A program made the position numbers and the translations under genes. Source: the human T2T-CHM13v2.0 reference genome, Homo sapiens. Taken from it: a DNA stretch of 64,000 nucleotides. The first letter of the stretch is position 1. Each line of letters opens with the position of its first letter. The stretch lies in NCBI RefSeq assembly GCF_009914755.1, contig NC_060927.1. One strand, written 5' to 3'. Shown here one piece after another: positions 14,770-30,889 of this stretch. The notes beneath the pieces were generated by a model. That model was not told where the DNA came from. It saw only the letters and a list, made by a program, of their open reading frames with translations, and did not search any database.

Positions 14770-15460
14770 CACAAGTGGATGAGTCCCTGACTGTAGTGAA
14801 AGTGTCTAGAGTTGAGCCTGGGCTCCTTCAGGATCTGCTGGTGGGCCTGTCTCATTGACCTAGACAGGTGAGTGTCACTCAGCGGGTCCTTGCCCAAGTG
14901 GGGGTAGTTCCTTGACTGCAACAGGAGGGACCAGAGATGAGACAGGGCCCCCTCAGGATCTGCTGTGGAATGGAGGGTAATATGCATGTTACATTGACTC
15001 AGATGGGCATGCATCTCCCAGCAGATCTCTGTATAGATGACGTAGTTTTCTGAATGCAACAAGAGGGACTGAAGCTTACAGTGAGTCCCGTTGGTATTTG
15101 TTGTGGGACAGATGCTGGAGAGCCTAGTCTTGACTCAGAGGAGTGTATGTCACTCAGCAAGTTCTTGAATAGATAAGATAGTTCCTTGACTTCTGCAAGA
15201 GGTGCTGGAGCTGAGACTGGACCACCTTGGGATCTGCTGTGGGAAGGAGGCTTAAAATCCTGGTCTCACTGGCTCAGACAGGTAAGTTTTTCCCAGCAGG
15301 TCTCAGCACAGATGGGATAGTTCCCCAACTACAGTGAGAGAGGCCAAAGCTGAGACTGGGTCCCCTTGGGACCTGCTGTGGGATAGAGGTTGGCATGCCC
15401 ATCTGTGAGGCTTAGACTCCCAGGCTGGGGGATATGGGTGAGTCTCCCTCTGGGTCCTTG
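14770..15460. repeat. Degenerate ~125-140 bp tandem repeat (about 5 units) in the L1MA 5'UTR
   Basis: Recurring tagttccttgactgca...gagctgagactggg...ggatctgctgtggga near 14778, 14903, 15040, 15177 and 15315. Confidence 0.75.
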
Positions 15461-15892
15461 TGTGAGCATCTCTGAGCTGTAAGGTCAGCTGAGGAAGGAT
15501 GGAGCAGCACCACAGGGTTACTCTCAGGTTCACTGCTGAGACCAATGTCAGTGGGCAGGTGAGAGTGTGCAAGATTCCTTCTGGACCTCTTGGCAGATAG
15601 TTTTGGTTCCAGGCTCAAGAACAAATGGAGCTTTAGCCAAACTCCTTGAGAGACTTGGCAGTGAACCCAGAAACAAGCTTGGTGGGGCAGATCAGCCACC
15701 TGGGTGTTGGTCTGCATGCTTAAAAACAACCCTAATAAGTCCTAGGCTTCAATGAGGTTTCACAAATTCCTACTTGAATCCTGAGGCTCCTGAAGAGAGA
15801 GTTTTGACTGTAAATAGGTACAGAATTCTTGTTGCTGTGGAGGCATATGAGTGGGTTACCTTCTACTCTGCCATCTTGGTGACATCACCTCA

Positions 15893-15955
15893 ACATGTTC
15901 CAGTTTTAGAAATGTTAAAGCTGTGGAGAAATACATGTCTTTGACTAGATGAAAC
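15893..15955 (-). mobile_element. Tigger-family transposon, right terminus
   Basis: ccagttttagaaatgttaaagctgtggagaaatacatgtctttgactagatgaaac; inverted-complementary to the terminus at 8695. Confidence 0.55.
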
Positions 15956-16129
15956 TTCCCATTTTTGGTTCCATTCAGACCCCTGACAACATTTAAAGCT
16001 CATTTACTGTATTTTACTTTTGCTCTTAGTTATACCGCTTAATATATTTATCTGGTTCTTAAAGCCATAGCTGATCAAAAGGAAGAACTTTAGAATTGCA
16101 AAGATTAAAATTATTTGTGTATTGCTTTA

Positions 16130-16345
16130 CAATTTGAAAACTGCTTTCGCATGTCCAAACTAATTTAACAACCATATTTTGTTTTACAACTATATTGGGT
16201 ACTATTATTATCTTCATACCCACTTTACAGATAAGGAAACTGAGATTCTAAGTGAGGTTAAGATGCTGAACATTAGTACCTGCATACATCTGAATTCAAA
16301 TGTAGCCTTCGTGATGCCAAAATGTATGCCCTTTCCACTCACTTT
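16130..16345 (-). mobile_element. MIR
   Basis: Reverse MIR core tttacagataaggaaactgag. Confidence 0.75.
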
Positions 16346-18039
16346 TCTACCAATAAGGAGAGAGCGAACGCAAGAGAAGGCATTGCCGGCATTAGAGAAT
16401 GATGATCAAAGCTACACAACCTCAATAATGCAAATGAACAGACAATATGTATATAAAAGAGCTGAAAAGACTACTTTATTAAAAAATAGAGCAGTCTAAA
16501 GTCATTACGTGTTGAAGTAAACAACGTTAGGCCCCCGGGTATCTATAGCAGATGTTCATGATGTTGATTTGAGCAATTGAGATGAAGTGAACTAGTACTT
16601 ATTTTTCCTGCTATTTCTTTTTCAGCAAGGAAGGAGTTCAGTTTAGAAAGTTCAACATCCCAAGTGGTTAATTTAATAATTATTATTTAGAAAATAATTT
16701 TCTTTGGATTTTTTATATTCAAGATATGATAAGTTATCACACATGTTACATTGCACTCCAGTAATTGTGACTTTGACAGTCGAATAAGTCTTCATTATTA
16801 TTTTTCTGATTATAAATGCTTTGTATATATATGCTTTATAGCTTATTTAAAACATTGAGAAAGGTATAAATGAACAGAAAGTAAAAATTAAATTAAAAAC
16901 CAAAACCGAAAGAAAATCTAAACACCTAAATCTCACCATTGTTAAAATTTGACATATCCTTCCATAGTCTTTTTTCATGCATTCAGAAATAGAACTGATA
17001 TAATATTAAAGGTATTTAGTATCATGCATTCCTCTTCAGACATAATCATAACCTACATAGTATTCCACTGTAAATAATAATAGCTGGTAGTATTTTTAAT
17101 GGAATAAATTTTATAAGATAAAATAATTGTATAGATGATATTTGACATCTAGAAAGCAGGAGTAAAGACTATTTTCCTATTGTCTCTCTTAATTGAAAAT
17201 AGAAAAAGTTCAATATACACTGGGAGGTGGCTGGGTGAACAGTCCCCTGGACCTTTGTTATTTCCTTGTGAAGGCATAGGCTGGAATATGTGAGTGCTGC
17301 CCAGGGATTGTGTCCTATGGCATGGTGTCATTACCTCCCTGGTGGACATTCTAATTAGGGAACATGATCCTCCTTTGGTAGAAGGATGCTATGCTTGTCA
17401 TATGTTTAAAGCAAGAATAAAAGATTTCCTTTAGAACCAGCTTTGTGCCAAGCTCAGGGTTCTAATTATCCAGCACTTTGGGGGAATTTCTTCAAGAGGT
17501 GGAATTTGAACAGGCATCACTTGCCTCATCATTTTTAGATGTTTATCTTACATTTTTGAAGTTTTATTCTGTATATTTGAAATGATTTCAGTATAATTGG
17601 ATTCAGTTGAGAGATTGATGTCTGTGAGTTTGATGTTTGAGGCCATGGTAGGACAATGTAATATTTTACTATTGCTTTTTTTCTGTAAAACTGACTTGAA
17701 AGCTTCTAAAATCATATTTACTGCATAATTATAACAGTTACTCTGGGCTACCCATGAAGTAGAGAGCTAAGGGAAGTGTGAGCCTACTGTGAAGGATTAG
17801 AATAATGGGGAGCTTGGAGTATGCCTTTTCTGCCTCATGTCTTCTTAAAATAGTCTTTCTCAAAAGCCATTATCTCCAACTCTCTCTGCTGCTTCTTCCA
17901 GCAGAAGACTCTTCCCTATTTAAAAAAGTAATATTCCTAATAAAACCTTCATACTCCTTTGTATTTCCTCTAATGTATCTGGTAAACAGGCGTAAGCTTA
18001 GACAATGTCAGAAGCTTTTTAACATCTTTTCTATGTTTG

Positions 18040-18490
18040 AAGATTTCCCTCAATTTTATTGTGTCCCTACTCTCAATGCAGAATCCAGAAATTTGTCCTC
18101 CCAGCCTATTTTGGAGCAGGGAGAGAGGCATGTGACCTGGATATTCCCAACCAGAAACATCCTTAGAAAACTTTGATTCACAAGAGAGAATGTGAGGAAG
18201 CAATCACCCTCATGGGAGCTTGATCAGGCAAGCCTGATGGCTGAAGAGTATGGCTTTGGGGGACAGAGATGTTAGAAATTTTGGCATCCAGGACGCCATG
18301 CAGCTTCAGTACATATCTCCATTGGCAGAAACAGTGTGGTCTGCGTCAACAGTCCCTGAATCTCACTCTTGGTTGCACATCTTCCAACCCTGACTCCCAG
18401 CTCAGGTATGTTTTGAGCAAAGCAGATTTTTTTCTATAAATAAAAAAAAAAATGCTGTAGTTTTTAATTCTAAATCCTGAGAAACACACT
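18040..18490. mobile_element. Old ERVL-type LTR (LTR33/LTR16-like)
   Basis: tcccagcctattttggagcagggagagaggcatgtgacctggatattcccaaccaga motif. Confidence 0.45.
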
Positions 18491-19339
18491 ATGTCGCCCT
18501 ATCTACTATGTTATCCCCCTTTTCCTCTCCAGTATAAGGCTCTGCCTTATTCTTGCTTATAACTTTCTTCATCTTTATCCAGCATAGTCTTGCATAATTT
18601 CCCAGGGCTTACAAATGTGTCAACACTGCAGTTTTTTTTTAGTCAAATTAAATTATCTTAAGCAGCCTGAAGCCACTCTGTAAGGATTGTTTACTTATTT
18701 TTTTGTGAACAAAAAGGTTTTCTCTTGTACTCTTTACAAATAATACTTTTTGAAAATTATGTTTTTTAAATTAGTGAGCAAAATCAGTATCTCTGTATAA
18801 TGTGAGCACAGATTTTCCTGGACAGGACTGGTAGAGGGAAAGTGGAACAGAAAGATTAAGGTAAAAGGGGAAAGCCATATGATTTCATAGCCCCAAGTGA
18901 AAATGAAAGTTACAATTTAGATTGAATGCTTCAGTTTAACAGTCACATTTTGTTTGTCCTTATCTAAGTCCCTGTGGCATAATGGAAATGCACACAAAAA
19001 TGTGAGATGATTGTATTCAATTCCTTCTTTCCTTAGCTCTGTGATTTTGGATAAATTATGGCTTTTGAAACTTTGCTTTGTTCATTTTCAAAATGCACTT
19101 ATAACACACTGTCCCCCTGAAAAGCTTGTTATGGGGGTAAGAGGGTGAAGGTAGCATTATGACAGTGCTTTATAACTTGTAGGAAGGATTATAAGCATTG
19201 TTATTTCCAGTGCTCACTTTTTTTTTTTCCTGTAGAATACTATTCATCTATTGAAAAACTTCTAAGTGCTTCAGAGAATTTAGGATTAAAGTAGGGAATA
19301 TACCATGCTAAATATCTGCTTACTTAATATAAACTTTCA

Positions 19340-19597
<258 letters not shown>

Positions 19598-19699
19598 TCA
19601 TGAATATTATATTGGATAGAATAAAAAATACACTATATAATTGGGAGAGCATTATAGCTGAGAAAATATACCAACATCTCATAGTTAATAATAACTCAA

Positions 19700-20070
19700 A
19701 TCTAACCTAAATAGCCACCAAAGAGTAACTAGATTCAGGGGCTTAACCACGGTCTTTGACAGCCTTTCTCCTGGACTTTGATTTCCGTTGATTTTCATTT
19801 GGTCTTTTTGGGTGTGGGAGCAGAGTTGACTACTGGAAGCTCTAGACTTGTACTCATTCAGTTTAGTAAACCCCACAGAAAGTGAGGCTTTTCCTGATAG
19901 TGCCAGCAAAGTTCCATGCATTTTCATTGTCCCAGCCTGAGTTGTGTGCCGATCTCTGATCCAAACACTTTGATTAGGGGGGTAGAATATTCTCTTTGGT
20001 CACATCTGAATCACATGCCCAATACAATAGCTGGTGGAGTCAGCAAGTAATTTTTGAAACTTGGTGAGGG
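19700..20070. mobile_element. MLT1-like MaLR LTR fragment
   Basis: cccagcctgagttgtgtgccgatctctgatccaaacact...tctgaatcacatgccc resembles old MLT1. Confidence 0.4.
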
Positions 20071-20825
20071 AGAATGGGTGGGAGGGGAGATTCACAAAGA
20101 GAGACTAGGCATAAAAAATTATGCCCATTTAATACATTTTGGGAAGGATCTATGGCCAATATATTAAGGAACATATGTAGAAAGTGCTTTAACTTGCCTG
20201 AATGAAGTCTTGTTCTCTATAGTTATCTCTGATTTAGTAATCAGTAACTTCGACACCATCCCCATTATCTCTGGAGCAATAGGCTATTTTTGCAAAGTGA
20301 CTGACAATATAAATCAGATTATAGTGCTCGTGGTACCATCACGGTGGACAGATGCACAGAGAGTATTTCTAAAGAAATACTCATAGAAGAGAGAAAAACA
20401 TTAAAGTGGTTGCAAGAAGAAAGCATTGCAGAATGTGAACATTTGTGGTCTACTTTTGTGAATTTTTAATAAAGGGTTTCTGGCATGTAGAACTGCTGTG
20501 TCTTCATTAGAATAATGTGGAGGCTGCTACCAAGTAGGACACATATTCCAGGTGAACCAGGGTACCACTGGGAAGAAAGGACTCTGAGTATATTAGTTTT
20601 AAGCATGATGCTCCCTTCCCATAATACACAGTAAAAGCCAAATACAGGATTTCCTAACGTGAAAAGCAGATATGCAGAAGTGGGAAGAGACCTGATTTTG
20701 AATTGGAACATGTGAATCTTTATCCCAATTCTGCCAAGAACTTGCCATGTATCCTGAGGTAAATCCTCTTTCCTAGCTTGACCTTTGTTTCTCAATTCAA
20801 AGATTCGCTTCAAAGATTTGAACTT

Positions 20826-21210
<385 letters not shown>

Positions 21211-21430
21211 TTATTTAATGCAAGTAATACATTTGTGTGGTTCAAAATGTATAACTATCAAACGAGCACTGTGAACACCTCCCTTCCATTCCCATCTGTG
21301 TCTACCATGTTCTGTACTAATTTCTACTTTTACTGATTTTTAAAATATCTTTCCAGAGTTTCCTTATGAAAATTCAAACAAATATAATTTATATCCCACC
21401 TCCCATTTCTCTCACAGGAGTTACATGTGA

Positions 21431-21736
<306 letters not shown>

Positions 21737-21842
21737 AGCATGTGCCTTTTTTTAAACTGAATATATCATGGACATTTTTATGTATCACTATGTAAGCCAC
21801 TCCTCATCCTGTATTTAGCCTCTTGCTAAATACAACAGATAC

Positions 21843-22410
21843 AACAGATCCTCAAATAACATTTTTTTCAACATCATTTTGTATAACATTGATGAGGAAA
21901 AAAAAATTCCAAACAGGGGCCACTGTCTATATGGACTTTGCATGTTAGCATGTTCTACCCATGTCTGCATGGATTTTCTCTGTACTCTACTTTCCTCCCA
22001 CATCCCAAAGATGTTAGGTTAATTGGTGTGTCTAAATGCTCGCAGTCTGCGTGAGTGTACCCTGTGATAGGATGGCGTCCTGTTCAAGATTGGTTTCCAC
22101 CTGGCACCCTGAGCTGCCGCATAACCTCAGGCCACTCACAACCCTGAATTGGAATAAGTGGATAAAAAATCATCTTACTCATTTTTATTAATCTGTTTAA
22201 AATGCATGTAGGGCTCACATTTATTTCTATGTTTAATATTAGAAGTGTTTTGGTTTTTATTTAGAACTTCGGTGATGTTTTTGTGACCAGCATGCCATAG
22301 GAATTTAACTCTTGCTTGTATGAGTTAGCCTATGATAAAATTGTTTTTGTTATACATCATTTCATTCAAAGTTGCAGTTTCCAAGAATCTATTGAGGACA
22401 TTAAGTGAGT
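21843..22410 (-). mobile_element. MER82-like (Tigger family) DNA transposon
   Basis: ggggccactgtctatatggactttgcatg...tttcctcccacatcccaaagatg and terminal aaagttgcagtttccaagaatctattgaggacattaagtgag. Confidence 0.75.
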
Positions 22411-24201
22411 ATTTTGTTCTTACAAATAATGCTATGCAAGCAGACACACCTGTAAGACAAATACTAGAGGTGGAAAAGCCAGGTCAAAGAGCAAATGCTC
22501 TTGTCGTTTATATTTTTCAGGACTGCCTTCTCTAGGGTTCATATAAATTTATACTCAATCTGAAACATGCACTCCAAAAAATACAAGCAAATTGAATACA
22601 GTGACCTATAAAAAGAATTGTATACAATGACCAAGTGGGATTTATCCCAGGACGGCAAGGTTGGTCTGGACATATGAAAATCAATTAATATAATTCATCA
22701 TATCAGTAGAATAAAAACAAAAATTACATGATTATCTCAATAAACACAGAAAAAGCACTGGACAAAACCCAACTTCCTTTCATGATAAAAATACTCCCAT
22801 CTGGAAAATAGAAGGGGGCTTCCTCAATCTGATAAAAGTTATCTATGAAAACTCATAGCCAAAATTATATTTAATGGAAAAATGATTTTTGTCCTAAAAT
22901 CAGGACCATCTCAATGCTATCTGCTCTTAGCATGACCATACAACATTACATTAGTGGTGCTAGCCCTAGCAACTAGACAAGATAAGAAAGGCAACTGGAT
23001 TGGAATGGAAGTGAAAGTGTCTGTATTAGCAGATAACATAATCTTGTATATAGGAAATCCTAAAAAGTTCACTCGAAACCTGTTAGAACTATTAAATGAG
23101 TTCATCCAGGTTTCAGGATACAAGATCATACATAAAAATCAGTTTTTCTTCTACACACTTGTAATGAACAGTCCAAAACTGAAATTAAAACAATTCCTTT
23201 TAGAATCATATCAAAAAGAATAAAATACCTAGAAATAAATTTTAACAAAGAAGTAAAACTTATGCTCTGAAAATTACAAGACATTATTGAGAGAAATTAA
23301 AGAGCTAAATAAGTGGAAAGCATCTCGTGTTTATAGATTGGAAGGCTTAATTTACATTGTTAAGATGGCACTACTCCCCAAACTGATCTACAGATTCAAT
23401 ACAATCCCTGTCAGAACCTCAGCTTACTTTATGTAGAAATGGGCAAACTAGTTAGAAAATTCAAGTAGTATCGCATAGACCCAGTACAGCCAAGATGATC
23501 TTGAAAAATAAGAGCAAACAAAGACAATTCACCTTTCCTTATTTCATGACTTAGTAATTTATTTAGTATTTCCTCATTTCATGACTTAGCATCTTAATGG
23601 TAATTAAGATAATGTGGTACTGGCATAAGGATAGGCACATTGCTCAATAAAACAGAACTGAGAGTCCAAAAATAAGCCCGTACATCTGTGGTCAACTGAC
23701 TTTCAACAAGGGTTTCAAGACCGTACAATGGGGAAAGAATAGACTTTTCAACAAATGATGCTTAGGCAAGTAGATTTCTACATGCAGAAGAATAAAGTTG
23801 GACCTCTCTTTCATGCCACATACAAAAATTAACTCAAAATATATCAAATACCCAAATGTAAGAGTTAAAGCTGTAATATTCTTATAGTAAATGATAGGGG
23901 TACATCTTTATGACCTGAGACTTGGCAAAAGATTCTTAGACATGACATCAAAAGCATAAACAATAAGAAAAAAATAGATAAATTTGATTTCATCAAAATG
24001 AAAAACATTTGTACCTTAAAGGACACCATCATTAAACTGATAAGACAACTCACAGAATGGGAGCAAAAATTTGCGTATCGCGTATCTAATGAAGGACCTG
24101 TCCCTAGACTATATAAAGAACTCTTACAACTCAGCAATAAAAAGACAATAACGCAATTTTATAATGAGCAAAAATCTGAACTGATATTTCTTCTAAAAAG
24201 A

Positions 24202-24208
24202 TATAAAA
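24202..24208 (+). promoter_or_regulatory. Candidate TATA box (TATAAAA) for PYDC2, within L1 sequence
   Basis: TATAAAA lies ~30-36 nt upstream of the retrocopy 5' junction and 88 nt upstream of the ATG. Motif evidence only. Confidence 0.35.
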
Positions 24209-24289
24209 ATATATACTTATTAGTATATGAAAAAATGTGAGAACCAGAGCATAGGGCCAGGCATTGGGAGAGCTCCCACATAGGACAAG

Positions 24290-24583
24290 ATGGCATCTTC
24301 TGCAGAGCTGGACTTCAACCTGCAGGCTCTTCTGGAGCAGCTCAGCCAGGATGAGTTGAGCAAGTTCAAGTCTCTGATCAGAACAATCTCCCTGGGAAAG
24401 GAGCTACAGACCGTCCCCCAGACAGAGGTAGACAAGGCTAATGGGAAGCAACTGGTAGAAATCTTCACCAGCCACTCCTGCAGCTACTGGGCAGGGATGG
24501 CAGCCATCCAGGTCTTTGAAAAGATGAATCGAACGCATCTGTCTGGGAGAGCTGATGAACACTGTGTGATGCCCCCACCTTAA
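24290..24583 (+). CDS. PYDC2: Pyrin domain-containing protein 2 (pyrin-only protein 2, POP2); inhibitor of NF-kB and inflammasome signalling
   Basis: Intact single-exon 97-aa ORF MASSAELDFNLQALLEQLSQDELSKFKSLI...HCVMPPP, recognised as POP2. PYD signature LEQLSQDELSKFK, NLRP2-like; strong Kozak context (aagATGG). Confidence 0.98.
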   Translation: MASSAELDFNLQALLEQLSQDELSKFKSLIRTISLGKELQTVPQTEVDKANGKQLVEIFTSHSCSYWAGMAAIQVFEKMNRTHLSGRADEHCVMPPP

Positions 24584-24713
24584 CCCCTCAGGGATAGTGA
24601 GTTGATGGCTGAGCTAGATGTTGCTTTAGCCTTGGTTCTGTCTCCATTTTACATGCACATGTTGCTTAACCTTGTTATATATGAAATATCTATATCACCA
24701 GTATTTTGAGATA

Positions 24714-24719
24714 AATAAA
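24714..24719 (+). terminator. Polyadenylation signal AATAAA of PYDC2
   Basis: Lies 131 nt after the stop codon and ~22 nt before the A remnant/TSD. Confidence 0.75.
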
Positions 24720-26094
24720 GGTGAAATAATTCACAAACATTAAAAGAAAAGATGCCTGACAACTTTAGTATTCAGGGAAATGCAAATCAAAACTATGATG
24801 AGATACCACTTCATATCCACTAGGCTGGCTAGAATAGAAAGATAATAACAAGTATTGGCACAGATGTGGAGAAACTAGAATCCTCATATACTGCTTATGG
24901 AAATGTGAAATTGTGCAGCCACTTTGGAAAACAGGATGGCAATTTCTCAAATGATAAACAGAGTTCTCATATGATCTAATATTATATTTATAAGTACATG
25001 ATCAAGAGAAATAAAAACATAAATACAAATGTTTATAGTGTCATTGTATACAATAGCCAAAAGGTGGAAACAACCTAATGTCTGTGAATGGACAAATGAA
25101 TAAACAAATTGTGGCATATGCAGCTAATGAAATATTATTCGACAAAAATGAAGTATTGATCACATGCTTAAACATGAATGAACATTGAAAACACTATGCT
25201 AAATGAAAGAAGCCTGTCATAAAAGACAAAATATTATATGGTCACATCACATATGATATGATTCCATTCATAGGAAAGTTCAGAATGGCCAAATTTATAG
25301 AGTCAGAAGTAGATAACAGGTTGCTTAGGACTGGGAAGGAGAGTTGGTGAGTAGAGGGGAATAGGGAGTAATAGCTAAAACATTTAAGATTGCTTTTCGA
25401 GGTGATGAGAATATTCTGAAATCAACTATGGTGATGATGGTACATATCTGTGAATAAGCTAAAAACATTTAATTGTATTCTTTAAATGAGTTGTGTGATA
25501 TGTGAATTATATCTCAATAAATGTTAAAAATGCAAAAAATGAGACAATGAATGTTTATCATCTTTTCATATGTTTAAAGACCGTTAATATTTCCATTCAA
25601 TGAACTATTTATTCATACTCTTGACAATTTTCCTTTTTCATTCCATTTTTGTTTTGTTTTGTCTTTTTCTCATTGATTCTAGGAACTCCTTTTATGTCTG
25701 AGAGATTAGTACTATCTGGATATGAGTTGCAATTTCTTTTCTTTTTGACTTTGCTTATGATTTTCCCCACAGCAGAAGACTACAATTTTATGTATATACA
25801 TTAATCTATCACTACTTTTATGGCTTCCAGATGAGACTCATAGAAAGATCTTTCCTAGTCCAAGGGAATAAAATAATTCTCCTATCTTTACTCCTGATTC
25901 ATTCATGGTTACATTTTAATATTTGCCTTTAAATCTGTAATCTATTTAGCCACTTTTTCCCAACAAAGGTATGAAGTATGTATCCAGCATTCTTCTTTTC
26001 AGGCAGCCAGCCAAGGATACCAGAACCTTTATTGCAATCTCATCTTTTCCCTACAGATTTGAAATGTACAAAGTAAACTTCCTAATATATCTGG

Positions 26095-26129
26095 CTTTCT
26101 CCCCTCCCTCCCTCCCTCTTTTTTCTTTT

Positions 26130-26185
<56 letters not shown>

Positions 26186-26331
26186 TTCTTTCTTTCTTCT
26201 TTCTTTCTTTTTCTCTCTCTCTCCCTCCCTCCCTCCCTCCCTCCCTCCCTCCCTCTCTCTCTCTCTCTCTCCCTCCCTCTCTCTCTGTCTCTCTCTCTTC
26301 CTTTCTCTCTCTCTTTCTTCTTTCTTTCTTT
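26095..26331. repeat. Compound (TTTC)n/(CCCT)n/(CT)n microsatellite derived from an Alu tail
   Basis: Near-pure pyrimidine tract directly adjoining the reverse Alu. Confidence 0.95.
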
Positions 26332-26482
26332 TAGACGGAGTCTTGCTCTGTTGCCCAGGCTGGAGTGCAGTGCATGATGTTGGTTCACTGCAAACTCCAC
26401 CACCCAGTTTCAAGTGATTCTCCTGCCTCAGCCTTCCAAGTAGCTGGGATTACAGGCGTGCACAACCACACCTGGCTAATTA
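26332..26482 (-). mobile_element. Alu right-arm fragment
   Basis: agacggagtcttgctctgttgcccaggctggagtgcagtg...cctggctaatt. Confidence 0.9.
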
Positions 26483-26562
26483 TTTCTTGACTTTCTACGT
26501 GTATCATTGGTCTGTCTCTTCATGCACCAATATCAAGATGCTTTAAATATAGAAGCTATATG

Positions 26563-26715
26563 CAGATGTTTGCTGACTTAAATATGGTTCAACGTATGAT
26601 TTCTTTTATTTTCCAGTGGGCTTATTGAGGTATTAAACACATTTTATACTAATGATATTTTGACTTTTGATGGATTTATCAGGACATAACCCTATTGTAA
26701 GTTGAGGAGCATCTG
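26563..26715 (-). mobile_element. MER47/Tigger5-like MITE
   Basis: TIRs cagatgtttgctgactta / taagttgaggagcatctg followed by TA. Confidence 0.7.
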
Positions 26716-27191
26716 TAATATGTTTTAATATCTGTCAGCAAAGAGGCTCTTTACTTTATTGCTTTTCTTTTTAAGAGATTTTTCTGCCTAGCCTTGCTGG
26801 TTTAGTTTTATTTATGAACTTCAAAATTAGTTTTCTAGTTTCATTGCACAAACAAAAATATACAAACAACAAAATAAGAAACCATCATCACAAAAATTCA
26901 AAAACAAAGGCATGTTAGTTATTTTTTTAATATTGCCTTACATTATTAAAAACTTGATGGAAATTTACATCCTTCTAGTGTTGATTTTTTCTATTCAATA
27001 AGAAGGGACGTCTTTTAATTTGTTCAGTTCTTCTTTTGAGACATTCAGCAGTGTTCTAAAACTTCTCTTATATAAAATGTAAACACTTGAGTTTTTCCAA
27101 AAAATTTTTATCTTTATTTTGCTGCTGTCTTAAAGGTATTTTCCCTCACTTTATCCTCTAGCTTATTTTCTGTATATATGCATTATTTTGA

Positions 27192-27493
<302 letters not shown>

Positions 27494-28245
27494 TGATTTA
27501 TAATTTGATACCTTGCTATATTACTAAATTCTCTGACTTTAGTTGCTTAAATGTTCAAGGAATATGATTATCCCATTTACAAATTTCATCAATGTCTTCA
27601 TTTTCAATTTTTAGACTTACTTATAATTCCTTTTTCTTCTTAGTGTTGGTTAGTATAATATTAAGTAAAAATGACTCTAGCAAGTATTTGCTTTGTCCTG
27701 AGTTTAGTGCAAATTCTTAATGTGTCACTTTAAAGCATTATGCTTTGTGCTGAAATATATGTCTCATGATTACGGTTGTACATTTACTTATATTATTTAT
27801 ATTATTATCCATCAGTTCATCTTTTATTTAGTATTTTTTATGAACAGATTTTAAATTAGTTCCAATAATATTTCTCCTTAGATTTATTAATATAATATTA
27901 TAATCACTGAGAATTAAGCATCTTTGCAATTAGGGAATAAACCCTATCTGTTATGTTTTTAATATGCTGGTTGTATTAATCTGCTCTCATGTTGCTATAA
28001 GGACATATCTGAGAATGGGTAATTTATAAAGGAAAGAGGTTTAGTTGACTCACAGTTCCACATGCTGGGGAGGCCTCAGGAAGCTTACAATCATGGTGGA
28101 AGGGGAAGCAAACATGTCCTTCTTTGCAGGGAGGCAGGAGAGAGAAGTGCAGCATGAAGGGGGAGGAAATCCCTTATAAAACCGTCAGATCTTGTGAGAA
28201 CTCACTCACTATCATGAGAACAGCATTTGGAAACCATCCCCATGA

Positions 28246-30850
<2,605 letters not shown>

Positions 30851-30889
30851 TAAGTTTTGGGTGGGGACAGAGCCAGACCATATCACTGG

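Larger units (their letters stand above)
24238..24745 (+). other. PYDC2: Processed retrocopy insert (NLRP2-like mRNA-derived) containing PYDC2
   Basis: 508-bp non-L1 insert between TSD copies gaaaaaatg (24229-24237) and gaaaagatg (24746-24754), with AATAAA at 24714-24719 and a residual A-tract at 24742-24745. Confidence 0.85.
22580..25535 (+). mobile_element. L1MB-type LINE (ORF2 RT region to 3'UTR); host of the PYDC2 retrocopy
   Basis: Decayed ORF2 (LADNIILYIGNPK..., EWEQKFAY...LYKELLQL) and an L1MB 3'UTR ending tatctcaataaa. L1 sequence is contiguous across the 24238-24745 insert (tatgaaaaaatg ... gaaaagatgcctgac...cagggaaatgcaaatcaaaac). Confidence 0.88.

Noticed and set aside
14770-15460. 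Repeat-spacer pattern as a CRISPR-like array
   Set aside because: The units are diverged along their whole length with no unique spacers, the context is a eukaryotic L1 5'UTR, and there are no cas genes.
23998-24240. 80-aa ORF ending just before PYDC2, as a possible uORF or extra exon
   Set aside because: Decayed L1 ORF2 frame that stops at the insertion junction; no evidence of function.
24266-24277. GGGAGAGCTCCC in the PYDC2 5'UTR as an NF-kB site
   Set aside because: Does not fit the 10-bp GGGRNWYYCC consensus; too weak to call from sequence.
24220-24468. 82-aa antisense ORF over PYDC2
   Set aside because: Shadow frame of the real CDS with no recognisable domain.
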